Shown here one piece after another: positions 22,531-35,530 of a stretch of DNA of 64,000 bases. Source of the stretch: Lama glama (lineage: Eukaryota). A program made the position numbers and the translations under genes. Below the pieces are notes generated by a model that ran no database searches, was not told the origin of the DNA, and worked only from the letters and a program-made list of their open reading frames with translations. The DNA is taken from NCBI GenBank assembly GCA_028534125.1, contig CM052832.1, positions 23,066,001 through 23,130,000 of the forward strand, in the 5' to 3' direction. Numbering within the stretch: the first letter of the stretch is position 1; each line of letters starts with the position of its first letter.

Positions 22531-23605
22531 ATTACTGTTCTGAAGAGGGATCTGTTTGATTTCCAATGACTTCATTTATCACAGAATCCTCCCAGAACCT
22601 ACAGGGCAAGAGACCAAACCAGAGGAAAGAGGCTGGTCTTAATTTGGTCACATAGTCACCTGCTACCTGCCATGGTCTTGGGAGTAGTGAAACAGTTTAT
22701 CCGCAAAAATGTCAAAAAGCCCAAGAAGAGTTTACTTTGTGTGGTTAATATTTTCTCACTCAGGCATGTGAACTAAACCAACTGCAGCAAACTTAGTGTG
22801 TTTCTAAGCACTGAAAACAGCCTCAACCCAGTGGGCTTCATACCGGAAACCTTGGCAAGGACTTTATGCCCAGAGAAGGGTTGATTTACAGTAAGGGGGA
22901 AAAAATAGAAGGGAGAAATATTAAAATAAAGTGCAATCATGTTTCTATTTAAAAGTGGTTACTGCCAGCAGTATTGCAAAATAATGCTGGCCAGCGACCA
23001 GAAAGCTGCACCTGCACAGATTCCAGCTGTGGATCCCTGGAACCCTCACTGTGATTGCTCAACAACTCTCCTAGTTAGCACCACTGGCAAAAACCTGGCA
23101 AATCTTATATATCCACAAACACACACACACACATGCTCACACTGTCACACACACACTGGCAATTTGCTTAGTTCTTGTATCATTAAGACACTTACTCTCT
23201 TTAGAGTGGTCAAGATGGTATTTTTCTTTTATAACTACTTTTAGAAAATATTTTTTCTTTTATTCCCTGAATTTAAATTATACATCAGTTTATATCCAGC
23301 CATATTGCGCTCCTCTTAAATCAAATGTCATTTAAGTTATGCATATGCCTTTATTTTTTGCCATTTAACATCTGTACACTTCTAGAAGAGTTTGTCTACC
23401 TTTAGGAACAGACATTAAAAAGCGAATGTTTGAGATTTGTGTTAGTAGTATCTTTTTCTGCGGAGCTCCTGGTGCAAACTGTAGCAATAATAGTAACACA
23501 TAACCTTTAGTAAACTTGTGGCAAACTGTAGAGGTCATTTTGGTGTCTAGATTAGAATCATAGAGTAAGTACTGAAACAGGAAGGCTAGATGTTGAGTAT
23601 CAACC

Positions 23606-23651
23606 CCCACCACCACCACACACAAACACACACACACACACACACACACAC
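23606..23651. repeat. (CA)n microsatellite
   Basis: Direct observation. Confidence 0.9.
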
Positions 23652-23659
23652 TCAGCAGC

Positions 23660-23800
23660 TGCCTGCCCACCTGCCCTTCAGCAAGACACTCTCCCTCAAT
23701 TTGCTCATTTGTACAATAAGAATTAAAGACACTGTCCAGCCTGGCTCATAGGATTGCTGTGGAAAACTGAATGGAAATATACATGAAGGGAGTTGTAAAC
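23660..23800 (+). mobile_element. MIR fragment
   Basis: 'ctcaatttgctcatttgtacaataag...gcctggctcataggattgctgtgga'. Confidence 0.6.
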
Positions 23801-24699
23801 TTACCCAGCACCTCATTCATGCCTGCCAAGTCACTCAACTAAAACAGGAACTTATTTAAAATCCCGTGAAAGCAATTCAGGAAAGAGGCAATGTGTCGGC
23901 CTCCATTTTTCCTTTCTTATAAGAATCTATCTTGGTCACTTCTGAAATCAAGTATTTTCTCTTCCCAACAAAATAGTCTGTAGCATGGCTATGAAAAACA
24001 AGATCCTGATGAAGAATTAAATTTTGTCCTTACAAACATACATTCTGTTTGGTAATTTAGATGACACTTAAAAGCCAATGACTGTGGCAGGAGAGAGAGT
24101 ACAGGAAACACAGGGTCTCTAAGACTTTTTGTGAATAAGACCAGTGGGAAACTGGGGAGAGGTCAAGGAGTTTTAAAAGACAAAGAACAGGGGAAATACG
24201 ATAGAAAGAGAGATTGATTTAGATTTATCTAAATCATTGTTTCTTCTTTTGAAGTTCTACTGACAAATAAGATCAACTATTTTAAATACCTGTACTTATC
24301 TTTTCTTGGTATTATGTCCTCAAATAGAAAAGAGCAGCCATCTAAACCACCAATTTTAATAAAATGTGCTAAGTGCAATGACAGAAAAGCACAAAGGAGA
24401 GATACTTAGCATAGCTCTTAGGGATCAGGAAAGTCTTCTTCAGGAGGAAATTCCTAAATTGAGCCCTTAGGGAAATGACAATCCCTAAGAAACAATATCC
24501 TTTCAAGTTGGAACCAACTCTTCTATTTTCTCCAATAAACTTTGTAAAAAATATCTTCCATGCTTCGTGTAGAATTTTGCCCATTCCCAGCACCAAATAA
24601 GAGGCTTAAGAGGCCCCATCCTTCTCACCACTGCAAAAATTTTGTTTTAATAATCCACAATATCTGGGAGGAAAGGAGCTTAAAAATAATACCAGTGTA

Positions 24700-24900
24700 C
24701 ATCTAGTGCCTTGAGTATAAGTCAGAGAAGTTCTGAAATACATACCCAAGCTTCCAGTCTTCAGTTGGATAATGACTAAAACCTTGGTCAAGTTTATTTA
24801 GCCCTCCATACCTCCATTTACCCAAGAGCAGAATTTCTTAGTAATATGGGACTGATCTGAGAATGAATTAGTGTATTAACATGTTCTGAAACTCTAGAAT
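24700..24900 (+). mobile_element. MIR fragment (old)
   Basis: 'aagtcagagaagttctg...accttggtcaagtttatttagcc'. Confidence 0.45.
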
Positions 24901-27900
24901 AAAGGTTTTTAAGTAGAGGAATTTTTTTTTTAATAATCCCTCTTGCCCTCAAGATCTTCTTCAGATGGTTATTTTCAACTCTGTTCTGTTTTCAATCCTT
25001 CTACAGATAAGTAGACTGAAAAAACACACATTTGGGCATAGCCAGCTCAGACACATGCACACAGTGAGTTTAGATTTACTTGCATCAGTGGATGCCGGAA
25101 GAGGAACTGTGAAGAAACAAAACAAGAATTCATGTCCCCATTCTATATGCAGCCCCGTTGCTTTGCAATGAGCTGGGCTACCACTTTCAAATCAGTACTC
25201 TAAGTGTCTCATTTCAGGAAGGATTTCATCAGAAACTCATTAGCAAGGCAGTTGATTTGACCCTGGTACCTGATTAGTAATTTGTCCCTAGGTACTGTAC
25301 CCTAATCAGAATTTAATGTTTCAAGGACCACAAGAAAATCATCTAGAAAAGAATTGAAATTTGGTTCTGAGTTTCCCACTGGCATTCAATTCTTTTGAAT
25401 ATATGTGAGCCTTCTCTGTGTGCTCAGCCTACTAATACATAACTGAGAGCCCAGGGAGCGAAACCCTGACAGTTACTATTAAGGTAAAAATGGGGCTACA
25501 GAATTCATTTTCAAAGTTTCTTTCCAGTTTGTTTTTTTTTTAAATTAAATTGGCACTACTAAATGTAATGACATGGCCACCCTGCTGAGTGCCAAGCCCA
25601 GGAAGCTATTGTCTCCCTGGTCTATGTACCCTACTCTCCTCTAATGTTTCCTATAATGCGACTAATAGCCAACCATCAGCCATAAATGCCTTGTCATCTC
25701 ATTGTTGCACACAGCAATCGCTGAAGCCATGATACTGACAAATGAACCTGCGTAATCACTTTGGATTTCTTTGTTATATCTCACAGTGTGAAGATGGCTT
25801 CTGCTCAGCACGTCCCCAAAAACAAACAAGCGCCATTGCTGTCTCCTCCATCAATCTCTCCTTATTGTGGCACTCAAGCCCCTGTGCTGCCCTCACTACC
25901 ACCCAACTTCTCAGAAAAGTAAAACATCCCAGATCTTTGAGTTTAGACCTTTGATATCCTTCTTCCATTGTTCCTTTGCCAACTGTATCTCTAAGAAAGA
26001 AATGAAAATCCAGAGAGTGAGGGATAGAAAGGATGCAAACTTTCTCTACTTTCCCAGCTGTTTTCCTTGGGGAAAAAAAAAAAAACCTCATTAAAATCCA
26101 GTTGAGTCTGACATTTTCCCTTTTACCTTTTCAATCTTTTTATAGTTTCAAATCATTAACTATCAGCATGAAGCTCAAAAGGTAGCTCTCGCCATCTATG
26201 AAATAGTGACACATTTGACAATAATGCTTTTGAAGAGCCTGTCACATTCTCTCCCCAAACAAGTCTCATTAATGCTCAAACTGTCTTTCTTTTCTCTCTG
26301 CTTCTTTTCTCCTCATTTCTCTCTAATTAGCTTGTTTTTTTATGTTCTCTCGTTCCACAGTTTGAGCTTAAAAAAAAAAGGAGGTGGATGTCATTTCCAT
26401 GAACCCCAAGGCCAAGTTAATCAGCAGAATTAATGACTCTATTACCCATTAGACTGGGGGTGGTGGCGCTTAACTCCAAGCACCCAGAGTTTGCCCTCTA
26501 CCATGCTTCTTCATTTTCCTCTGACAAATGTAAACTTGCTCTCTTAGAGCAAACTCTGAGGTTCAACCTATTTGGAGAGCATTTCTTTTTACCTTCAGGA
26601 TGTGAACCAGGAGGAGAGGTTGAAAATGTAGCCACCTCTGTCTTCAGTGTCCATGCTGAGAAAATATCATGCCTTTGAGTAAGGACGGATAAAAGGAAGT
26701 CTCAGGGAAGACTGGGAAAGAGTCATAACCTCGTGTTCCCAGTACTGACTTTCCACAATCGATAATTCCTGACTGAAGAACATTTTATAGTGGCAGCATC
26801 ACAGAAAAATGTCTCAGTATTTTTTAAAGTAATACTATGGAAGTAAAAGACACATAGAAATTCAAACCAGCAGATACTTGGTTTGACAAATTTTAACAAG
26901 CAAGCATGATTTGGGGTTGAATAACTTTTAAAATTCATTTTCAATAGACAGGGGGCAAAATTTTCAAATTTTTGTCTCCCTTTTGAACAGGATAGAGAAA
27001 TAGCATACTTCTATCCTGAAAGTCAACATTAACACAAAACCAAGTAGACATTTTGTATGTATGCAAAATGCTTTATTTTAGAAACATCTGCCTAGAACCT
27101 GTCAGAAGAATAGGAAAGTTTCTCCCTTTCCTAACTCAACAAAAACATCCTCTCTAGTTCTGTTTAAATTTTAATGGTATTATTATCAATGTAAAGATAA
27201 AGAAGGCTAGTACAGATTTACCTGCTCACTCAAGTAGACCCCCAAAGAGTAAAAATACCAAGACCGTTTTGGAGAAAAGATGTGCTTTCATTTTTCTTCA
27301 GTTATACCTCCACTCTCATCTAATATAAAAAGTTTTTTTTGGTATCATTTGGTGAGTTATCTTTGCCTAAAGAGGTTATTATCAGGAAAACTCCTTTTTA
27401 GGTGAAAATCCTGCCCTAGCTGGGTTTGAACTCTCTTGAGCCAAGAAAGAATGCCTGTGCTGGTGCCTTTCAGCCTCTCCTTGTCCTTCACCCTCAGTTC
27501 AGTCTACAAAATACACCTGAAAGGATATTGGCAAGAATGATAATCCTAACACTGACTTTATTCTTTTGCCATATCTATTCATGGAGACAATACCATACTT
27601 GTTAAGTGGTCTTTCTTTCTTTTTTATTATGAAGGGAAATCCTCAGGGCATTAAAAAAAAATTAAGTCAATAGCAAAACTCAAACTTTCAAGAGAAAAAG
27701 CTTAGGAAAAAATGACATTTCAGTGGTTATTCATGAGAGTTTAGTGTTACAAAACAGGGCACTTGCAATACTTGGAAGTGAAAGGAAGGATGTTTGCAAT
27801 ACTTTAGCATAGCTATCTTCAAATATCATTGAAAATATAAGCCATCCAACTTCCCTTTGATGTGAAGATAGTCAGCAGGTATAAAATTTTAAAAATCATA

Positions 27901-28399
27901 AAAAAATTAAGTTTATTCACATAACAAAGGGGACCCAAACACCTCACTCTAAGAGTCAATGTAGTGCAGCAAGATTTGTCCCAAATCCAAAACTCAGGGG
28001 AAAAGAATTACAGTCTTAATCTAACCACCTCTCAGAATGATTATAGGAAAGCAAGGGGTGGGGGTGAAGTGAAAATTTTACCATCTTATTCGCCTTATCT
28101 CTATACAGAGAAGAATAAGAATGAAACCATGCTATCAGTAAATGAAAAATAGAACATAAAAACCATTATACAGATTCCTAGGACATCATTCAAAAATCGA
28201 CATACACACACCCATACACACACACGCGCGCATGCGTGCGCTGTAAGAGTTGGATTTTTTGTGTATGTGTCAACCCTCTGTCACAGAGAAATATTCATTG
28301 CATCCCATACCATCTTTCTCTTGCCTTTGCACAGGTGATGCAAGATAATGGACTTCTGGAGATTTCTGAAATGCTTTTATGTTAGGTTCTCTGCCTAAG

Positions 28400-28575
28400 T
28401 GTTCTCATAGCAGCCTCTACTTACCCTGCAATGTTTCTCTCATTGTCTCTCTCTCTGCCCTATTAGACAGCAACAGAGCAAGAACCGTGCTGTGTCTTCA
28501 GTTGTATCCTAAGCACCCAGGGTAGTGTCTGACCCGCAGTTGACACAAGCAGGAGAAAACTGAGTTGATCAATTT
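28400..28575 (+). mobile_element. L2 3' fragment
   Basis: 'tgtctctctctctgccctattagac...gcaagaaccgtg...tgtatcctaagcacccagggtagtgtctgacccgcagt'. Confidence 0.6.
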
Positions 28576-28819
28576 AAGCCTAAATTAGCAATGATAAACT
28601 TCATTATTTCAATAGATTCAACCACAGTTACTTCCAGATTACCTAAAAGCCCAAGACACATCTTAGAAAGCATAAAAGTATGGGGTGTTTTTGTGGTAGT
28701 TTCAGATGAGTAAAGTTGGTGGGAAGAATACAAGCTCAAGTCGGACATGTTACTTCACTGGTTACTTCTTTTATCCTTGACTTCTTTAAATATTCAAGAT
28801 GTTGATAATGCGCACAAAT

Positions 28820-29512
28820 AAAAGGAAATACTCAGGCATCTGTGCTTCCATGTTGATTGCAGCACTATTTACAATAGCCTTACAATAGTCAAGCTATGAA
28901 AACAACATAAGTGTCCATTTATGGGTGAATGGATGAAGAAATGAGGCACCTGGCATAGTCAAATTCATAGAAACAGGAAGTAGACTGGTGGTTGTCAAGG
29001 GTCAGTGGGAGGAGGGATGGGAAGTTGTTGTTTAGTGGACATACATTTGAGACATATGATTTAGTCTGAAAAAAGAAAGAGATCCAGCCTTTTGAAACAA
29101 CATGGATGAATATGGAGAACATTATGCTAAGTGAAATAAGCCAGACACCGAAAGAAAAAAACTGCATGATCTCATTTATATGTACAATCAAAAAAAAAAA
29201 GTCAAATACACAGAAGCAGAGAGCAGAACAGTATGGGTGAGTAGCTGGGGAAAACGGGGAGATGTTGCTCAAAGGGCAGAAAGTTGCAGCCATACAGGAT
29301 GAATAAGTTTAAAATTTAATGTACATCATGACGACAAACTTAATAATATTGTATTACATCTTGGAAATTTGCTGAGACAGTAGATTTCAGGTATTCTCAG
29401 TAAAAAATAGATGGCAACTATGAGGAAATATGTTAACTTGACTGTTGTATATATGTATCAAATCAGCATATTGTATACCTTAAGTATACACAATTTTATT
29501 TTTAAAAGGTAA
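28820..29512 (+). mobile_element. L1MA-type 3' portion containing an L1MB-type internal patch
   Basis: ORF2 end 'atgttgattgcagcactatttacaatagc', 'aacatggatgaatatggagaacattatgctaagtgaaataagccagaca', and an L1MA 3' UTR to about 29510. Confidence 0.85.
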
Positions 29513-29619
29513 TTTAAAAGGAAACTATTCAACATTTTAAATTAGGATTTTTCCCAATTCCCAGAAGAAAAAAAAATAAGAAGTCCATTACCCGAACTCA
29601 CTTTACCCTACTTGAGAAA

Positions 29620-29781
29620 AGCGTGTTCTCAACCCTGACAATGCGTTAGGATCGTTTGGAGCACTTTAAGAAATACTGCTGTTTGGGCTCCACCCCAGAG
29701 ATTCCCATTCAGTCGGTCTGGTTTGGGGCCCAGGCATTGCCATTTTAATGTGCAGCCGGGATTGAGAGGAAACAACCTAGA
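29620..29781. mobile_element. MER5A-type MITE
   Basis: 'gttctcaaccctg...gggctccaccccagagattc...ggtctggtttggggcccaggcat...aatgtgcagccgggattgaga'. Confidence 0.8.
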
Positions 29782-30024
29782 AAAAGATGGTGAACAGGAG
29801 TCTCCATTAAGAAGTAACATCTTTACATTGAGTTCATCCATGAAGATTTCCAGATGCTGTGGGGAGCCAGCACCTTCTTTCCTAAGGGACACTCGTCTTT
29901 TCTATTTCAGTGCTCATGACATGAAGAGACCGCACAGATAATACCAAAGACCACAGTAATTCTGAGAGGCACTGATGAGTTCACATCTACACGTAACTTC
30001 TACCACTGGGGACAGTGGCATACA

Positions 30025-30205
30025 TTTCTCATTTCCAAAGCTGGCTGGGCATCAGAATAACCTGAGGAACTTCTTAGAAATGCAGATTCCAAGGCATGCC
30101 ATGTGGCTGCCTGAATCAAGAGTCTCGGGGGGTAAAAACTTGTTATGCGTTTCTATCACATGACCCAAGGGATTCTTACATGCTAAGCTTGCTGATAGTT
30201 GTTAG
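30025..30205. mobile_element. MER5B-type MITE
   Basis: 'gcatcagaataacctgaggaacttcttagaaatgcagattcc...ctgaatcaaga'. Confidence 0.65.
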
Positions 30206-30284
30206 ATCTGCATAGATAAAGACATGAGTACCTCAAAAATATATAGAAACATCTATTTCATCCTGAAACCAAATCCTTTCTACA

Positions 30285-30740
30285 GTGTGGTAGAAAGGCC
30301 ATCTTTAGACTCCAACATATCTGCATTAGAATTCTAGGTTCATCATAACTAAGTCATGTGCCCATGAGTCAGCTGCAGCTGAAAAAATGAGGATAACAAG
30401 AATATTCCCTCAGAGTTTGAGATCTGCAGATAATAACTAACATGTATGACACAGATAAACAAGCTTCTACTGCAGAGCACAGGGAACTATATTCAATATC
30501 TTGTAGTAACTTACGGTTAAAAAGAATATGAAAATGAATATATGTAAATATATTTTGTTCCTATATGACTGAAGTTTTGTGCCATACACCAGAAATTGGC
30601 ACAACATTGTAAGCTGACTATACATCAATAAAAATATATTGAAACTCTAAAAAAAAAAAAAAAAGAAAAAAGAATATTCCTCAAGGTTGCTGTGAATTGT
30701 CCAGCAGTTTAGATCACAGTATAGATGATTAATACATGTT
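30285..30740 (+). mobile_element. MIR split by a young L1 insertion
   Basis: The MIR 5' part runs to 'aaaatgaggataacaagaatattccctca' and resumes as 'aagaatattcctcaaggttgctgtgaatt'. Confidence 0.6.
30413..30669 (+). mobile_element. Camelid-type L1 3' UTR, 5'-truncated, with poly(A) and TSD
   Basis: 'gcacagggaactatattcaatatcttgtagtaac...acaccagaaattggcacaacattgtaagctgactatac', A tail, and TSD aagaatattcc(c)tca at 30398-30412 and 30670-30683. Confidence 0.92.
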
Positions 30741-31329
30741 TGTTCCTTTCTCCTCCTTCCTATGCTATGTAATATGGCCAGAGGAAAAAGAACAAAGGAA
30801 ATAGGTAAAATAGAAAGAAAGACTGACATATAAGAAAAATAAATATAGGATATGAAAAACAGGTGAATTGTTTCCTTTAAATCTAAGTAATTTCCAGTAA
30901 TTAAAGGGTAATAATCTCAATACTAAATTCCTCTAGGATTCAAACTACTTATGATTAAATAATTTTCTGAAATATTTTGCTGAACTCAGGGCATAGCCAT
31001 ACTCAGTTGATTTTGGTAAAGATTTGGAAACAATTCAGAAACTATGACTCATAACAAATTCATAAAGGCAAAAAAAGTTCCATTTGAAATTGCAGGTGTT
31101 GATTATGAAAAAGAAAGCTACAGTAAAATCAGGTCTCTCTACCTTCTAATTCTCCAAGTAGTTTGTTCTTCTCAGAGAAAAGAACTTGGCTTCTAGCCTT
31201 TACTTCTCAATAAGACCCAAAATCAACTGTCCTGTGAAGCCTCTTCTAAAAATTCTCTTCTAAACAAGGTGAGTTCAATTCAACAAATGTTTATTGACCA
31301 AACGTAAGTTACAACCATATAAGCGCCAT

Positions 31330-31520
31330 AAACATCCACTCTGCACACCCAGATTACCTGGAATATGCCTCTACTGCTGCACTTTCACATCATTTCATAA
31401 ATGTCTATTTCCTTGTTTCTCACCCTTACTAGGCGGTATGTTCCTCCAAGACAGAAACCAGAGCATATTTGTCTTTAAATTCCTCTTGCTCAACACAGTG
31501 CCTGACACAAAGTGGTTTTG
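31330..31520 (+). mobile_element. L2 fragment
   Basis: 'gtttctcacccttactagg...gttcctccaagacagaaacca...caacacagtgcctgacaca'. Confidence 0.65.
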
Positions 31521-31589
31521 GAAAGTAGAATTGGAAGGAGGAGTGCTAATATTATCTAACAAAAAAGCATTGTATACTGAAATTATATG

Positions 31590-34500
31590 TAGGTACGTGT
31601 CAAGCATTGGACAAAGACCAATCCCACTCATAAAGCAAAAGAAATCTAAATAAAATATTAGCAAGTTGACTCTAGCAGTACACTAAAAGAATAACTAATG
31701 AATCATTACTAAGTGGCAGTCATTTGAGGAATACAACAATGGTTCATTATTAGAAAATGTATCAAGAAAATTCACCATATTAAATGGTCAATGGAGAAAT
31801 ATTATCTCAGCAGATGCTAAGAGAACATTTGATAGAAAGATACTCCCATAACATGATAAAAACTTTAACTCAAAATACATGCCAGCTTCAAGGTTAATAG
31901 TGAATCTCCAGAATCATCCCTATGACAGTCAAGAACAATAATAAATAATAATTTCTGTAATTTACTTTATTATTTAGCATTTTAATATACATATACATTA
32001 AACACCTTTTAAGGACATAATTATGGGAATGAAGGAGGGTAAAATTACCACTGTTTTTAAAATGATGTACTTATATGCCTAAAAGAAGCAAAAAATTCAA
32101 GTGAGAAAGATGGGGGGATAAAGTGTTGCAAATATCAAGGAACTCAACATTGATAAGGAATAATCTCAATCATTTGAATGTATATTTAAATGGAGTCCCA
32201 GAAAGATAACAAAGAGGGATGAAACAAAAATATTTTTAAATGGCCAAATATTCTCCACATTTCATTAGAACTACAAACTTACAGCTTCAACAGACCCCAA
32301 GCACGAGGAAGATGAAGAAAATGACATGTTGTAAAAAAGGAAAACACACATTATAATCAAATCATTTCAAAATAGTAAAAAAGAGAAAATCTTAAAAGCA
32401 TCCAGAAGAAAAAAGGTGCATTACTTATGGAGGAAAAAGTAAGAATAACAGCAGACTTATCAGAAACAATGCAAGCCAGACACAGTGGGGCAACAACTGT
32501 AAGGTACTGAAATTAAACAACTGTCAGCCTAGAACCACAGACCCAGAGAAAACGTCCTTCAAAATCAAAGGCAAAATAAAAACATTTGCTTACATACAAA
32601 ATCTGAAAGAATGCATGGCTAGCAGATAAGCACGCCATGAAATGATAAAGAAAGGCCTTCAAGCAAAAGGAAAATTATATTCAAAGGAAATCTGGATTTA
32701 AGGAAAGGAATGGATAATACTGGAAATAGTAAGTATATAGGTGGATACAGAATATATTTTTCTTACTTTTTAAATCACCTTAAAGTATAATTGTTTAAAG
32801 CAAAAATAATAAAATAGATTGTGAGTTCATTCCATATGCAGAAGTAAAATGTATGACAGAAATAGCACAAAGGCCAGGGGAAGTGAGTAGCAATCTATGG
32901 TTATAAGATTCTTATACAATATGTAAATTGATATAATTCTAGTACACTTTTGTGTGGAAACTTACATGCTGATTCTACAATTTATTAAGGAAATGCAAAG
33001 GTTTTGAAATAATTTTTTAAAAAGAAGAACAAAGAGGACCTAATTACCTGATTTCAAGACTTACTATAAAGCTACAGTAATCAAGATAGTGTGGTTGATG
33101 TAAAGATAGACATTTAGATTAATGGAAGAGAGTAGAGTTCAATATCAAAAAATTTTGACATATATATGGTCAGTTGATTTTTGACAAAGTTCAAAGGACA
33201 TTGAATGGGAAAAGGCTACTTTTTCAACAAATGATGTTAAAAACAATTAATTAGATAGCTATGTACAAAAAAAGAAATGAAACTTGACTCAATGCACGAC
33301 ATATATAAAAGTACTCAGATAAGAACATAGAGCTAAGTGTAAAAGCTAACACTATAAAACTTACAGAATAAAACATAGACAATGTTAGAGACCTTGTGCT
33401 TGGCAAAGATTTTTTTTTAAGTAGGATACCAAAAATTATAATCCATTAAAAATGATAAATTGTACTTAAAGTCTTTTGCTCTTCCAGGAACAATATAATG
33501 AAAATGAAAAGGCAAGACACAGACTGGGAGAAAATATTTGCAAAATATATACCCAAGAAAAAGAACTTGTACCTAAAATATATTCTAGTACAACTCAATC
33601 ATAAGACAAAACAATCCAAAAAAAAAAACTGGGAAAAATATTTGAACAAACTCTTCACCAAAGAAGATATACAGACGGCAAAAAAATACATAAAAAGATG
33701 CTTAACATCATTATTCATTAGAGACAGGAAAATTGAAACCACAATGAGGTTCCACTACACACCCGCCAGAATGATTGAAACTTAAAGGTCTCTCCATACC
33801 AGATTAAACTTAATACAATTTTTTGTCATAAAAACCAAGAAACATTAAACAGAAAGACTGATAAATTGGCTACACAAAATAAAACACTTCCCTATAGTGG
33901 AAAAATAAAAGCACTACAAACATATTTGGAAAACAAAATCAACCTGGGAAATAATATTTACAAAACATATGACAATGGGTTACTAACCTCAGTACGCAAA
34001 GAATTCTTACAAATTATTTTTCAAACCTCAGGAAGACATAAACTGGAAAGTCCCCAAAGAAAAAACAAAGTGATCAGCAGTAATATAAAAAGAAGTTCTT
34101 TTTCAGTTATTATTGAGGAAATAAAAAAGCAACTAGATGCCATATTAGTAAATTGGCAAAATGATTAGCAATCCTGCAACATGCTACTAAAGAACATAAT
34201 CGAACAAAGATGTGAATAAATAAATGAATAAATGTTCTCTTGAATAGAATTGCATTATAAAAACATTAATTTCTCTAAATTATCATATATTGAATTCAAT
34301 TAAAACATTATAGAAATTTATTCAAATGCTTATTCAAAATCCCAACTAAATAACTTTGAAAACTTGGCAAAATAGAGTTCAAAAATATTTCCAATTATTG
34401 TTCAATAAAGTCACTGGGGCAATAAACTGGTCATTTGGTAGAAAAATATTGCTAATTGTTTAGGACAATAAACTACTCATTTGGAGGAAAAAACGATAAT

Positions 34501-35530
34501 GCTAGAACATTACCTCATTTATTTAAAATGTAAAATTAAGCCATAAAATTGCTAACTGAAATTTAGGAGGTTTTTTCGGTTTGTTTTAAAGAATTATACG
34601 GTAGGGAAAATCTTTTAGAATGTCATAAAAACTCAGAAGCATAAAGTAAAAACATTGATAAATTTATCACATAAAACTAAGAACTTCATAATAAGAGGAA
34701 AATAAGGCACACTGAACATATTTTAAATAAAAACACAAGCTGGGAAGTAATATTCATAAAGCATATGACCAAAAAAATTATCGTTAATATGGAAAGAACT
34801 CAAAAAATACCTCTTTAGAATAAAAAAAAAAAAGTGATGTGACAAGGATAGACAATTACCCAAAGGAAAAACTTTAAATTGGTCAGCAATCACAAAAAGA
34901 TGTTCTTTCTTACTTATAATCAAAAGAGATGCAAATTGAAGCTACTATATATCATACTAGTAGACTGGAAAAAGTGAAAAATATCAAAATCTGAGTTGAA
35001 AAGGGAAATAGAAAATCAGACACTTATGATTTGTTGAAGAAAATTCCAATTAATATGCCCTTTCTAGAGACCATTTTGGCTGGCAGCTAGACAGGAAGAA
35101 AAAAGGAAGAAGGGAGCGAGGGGGAAAAAAAGAAAGAAAGGAAAGAGAATGTGTTCTTTCTCTCTTAAATGTTATTTAAATAAATGATAGTATAAATAAA
35201 GCAATACCCTGCAACCATTAAAAATAATAGAGAATCTTTCTTGCTATGAAAAAATGCTCAAACTCAATATAAATACATACTATATGTAAGTATATATATA
35301 AAGTACAGTATGTATAGTGTGATCCCAATTACATAAAATGGGTGTGTAGGCACATACGTATGTATGTAGGCATTCATAAGCAATATCAAAGAGTTTTCAT
35401 CAATATATTAACAGTGGTTATCTCTTGGTGAACTAATTCCATCATGTGGTTATTTTCATATTAATCTTTATGCTTTTCTAATAGTTTGAGTTTTTAACAT
35501 AGTCAGCATGTTTCAAAGTAATAAAACTAC
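31590..35530 (+). mobile_element. Composite of old L1 fragments (L1ME ORF2 pieces with a nested L1MC/MD-type ORF1 and ORF2 segment)
   Basis: RT-region remnant at 31740-31860; ORF1 3' motifs at 32180-32700; ORF2 C-terminus in ORF 33498..33785 (MKRQDTDWEKIFAKY...ETTMRFHYTPARM); further ORF2 C-terminal remnants at 33900-34170 and 34700-35080. Confidence 0.8.

Noticed and set aside
23806..23941. Minus-strand exon candidate (donor gtaagt near 23800)
   Set aside because: Weak acceptor, stops in all frames, and the donor lies at a MIR edge.
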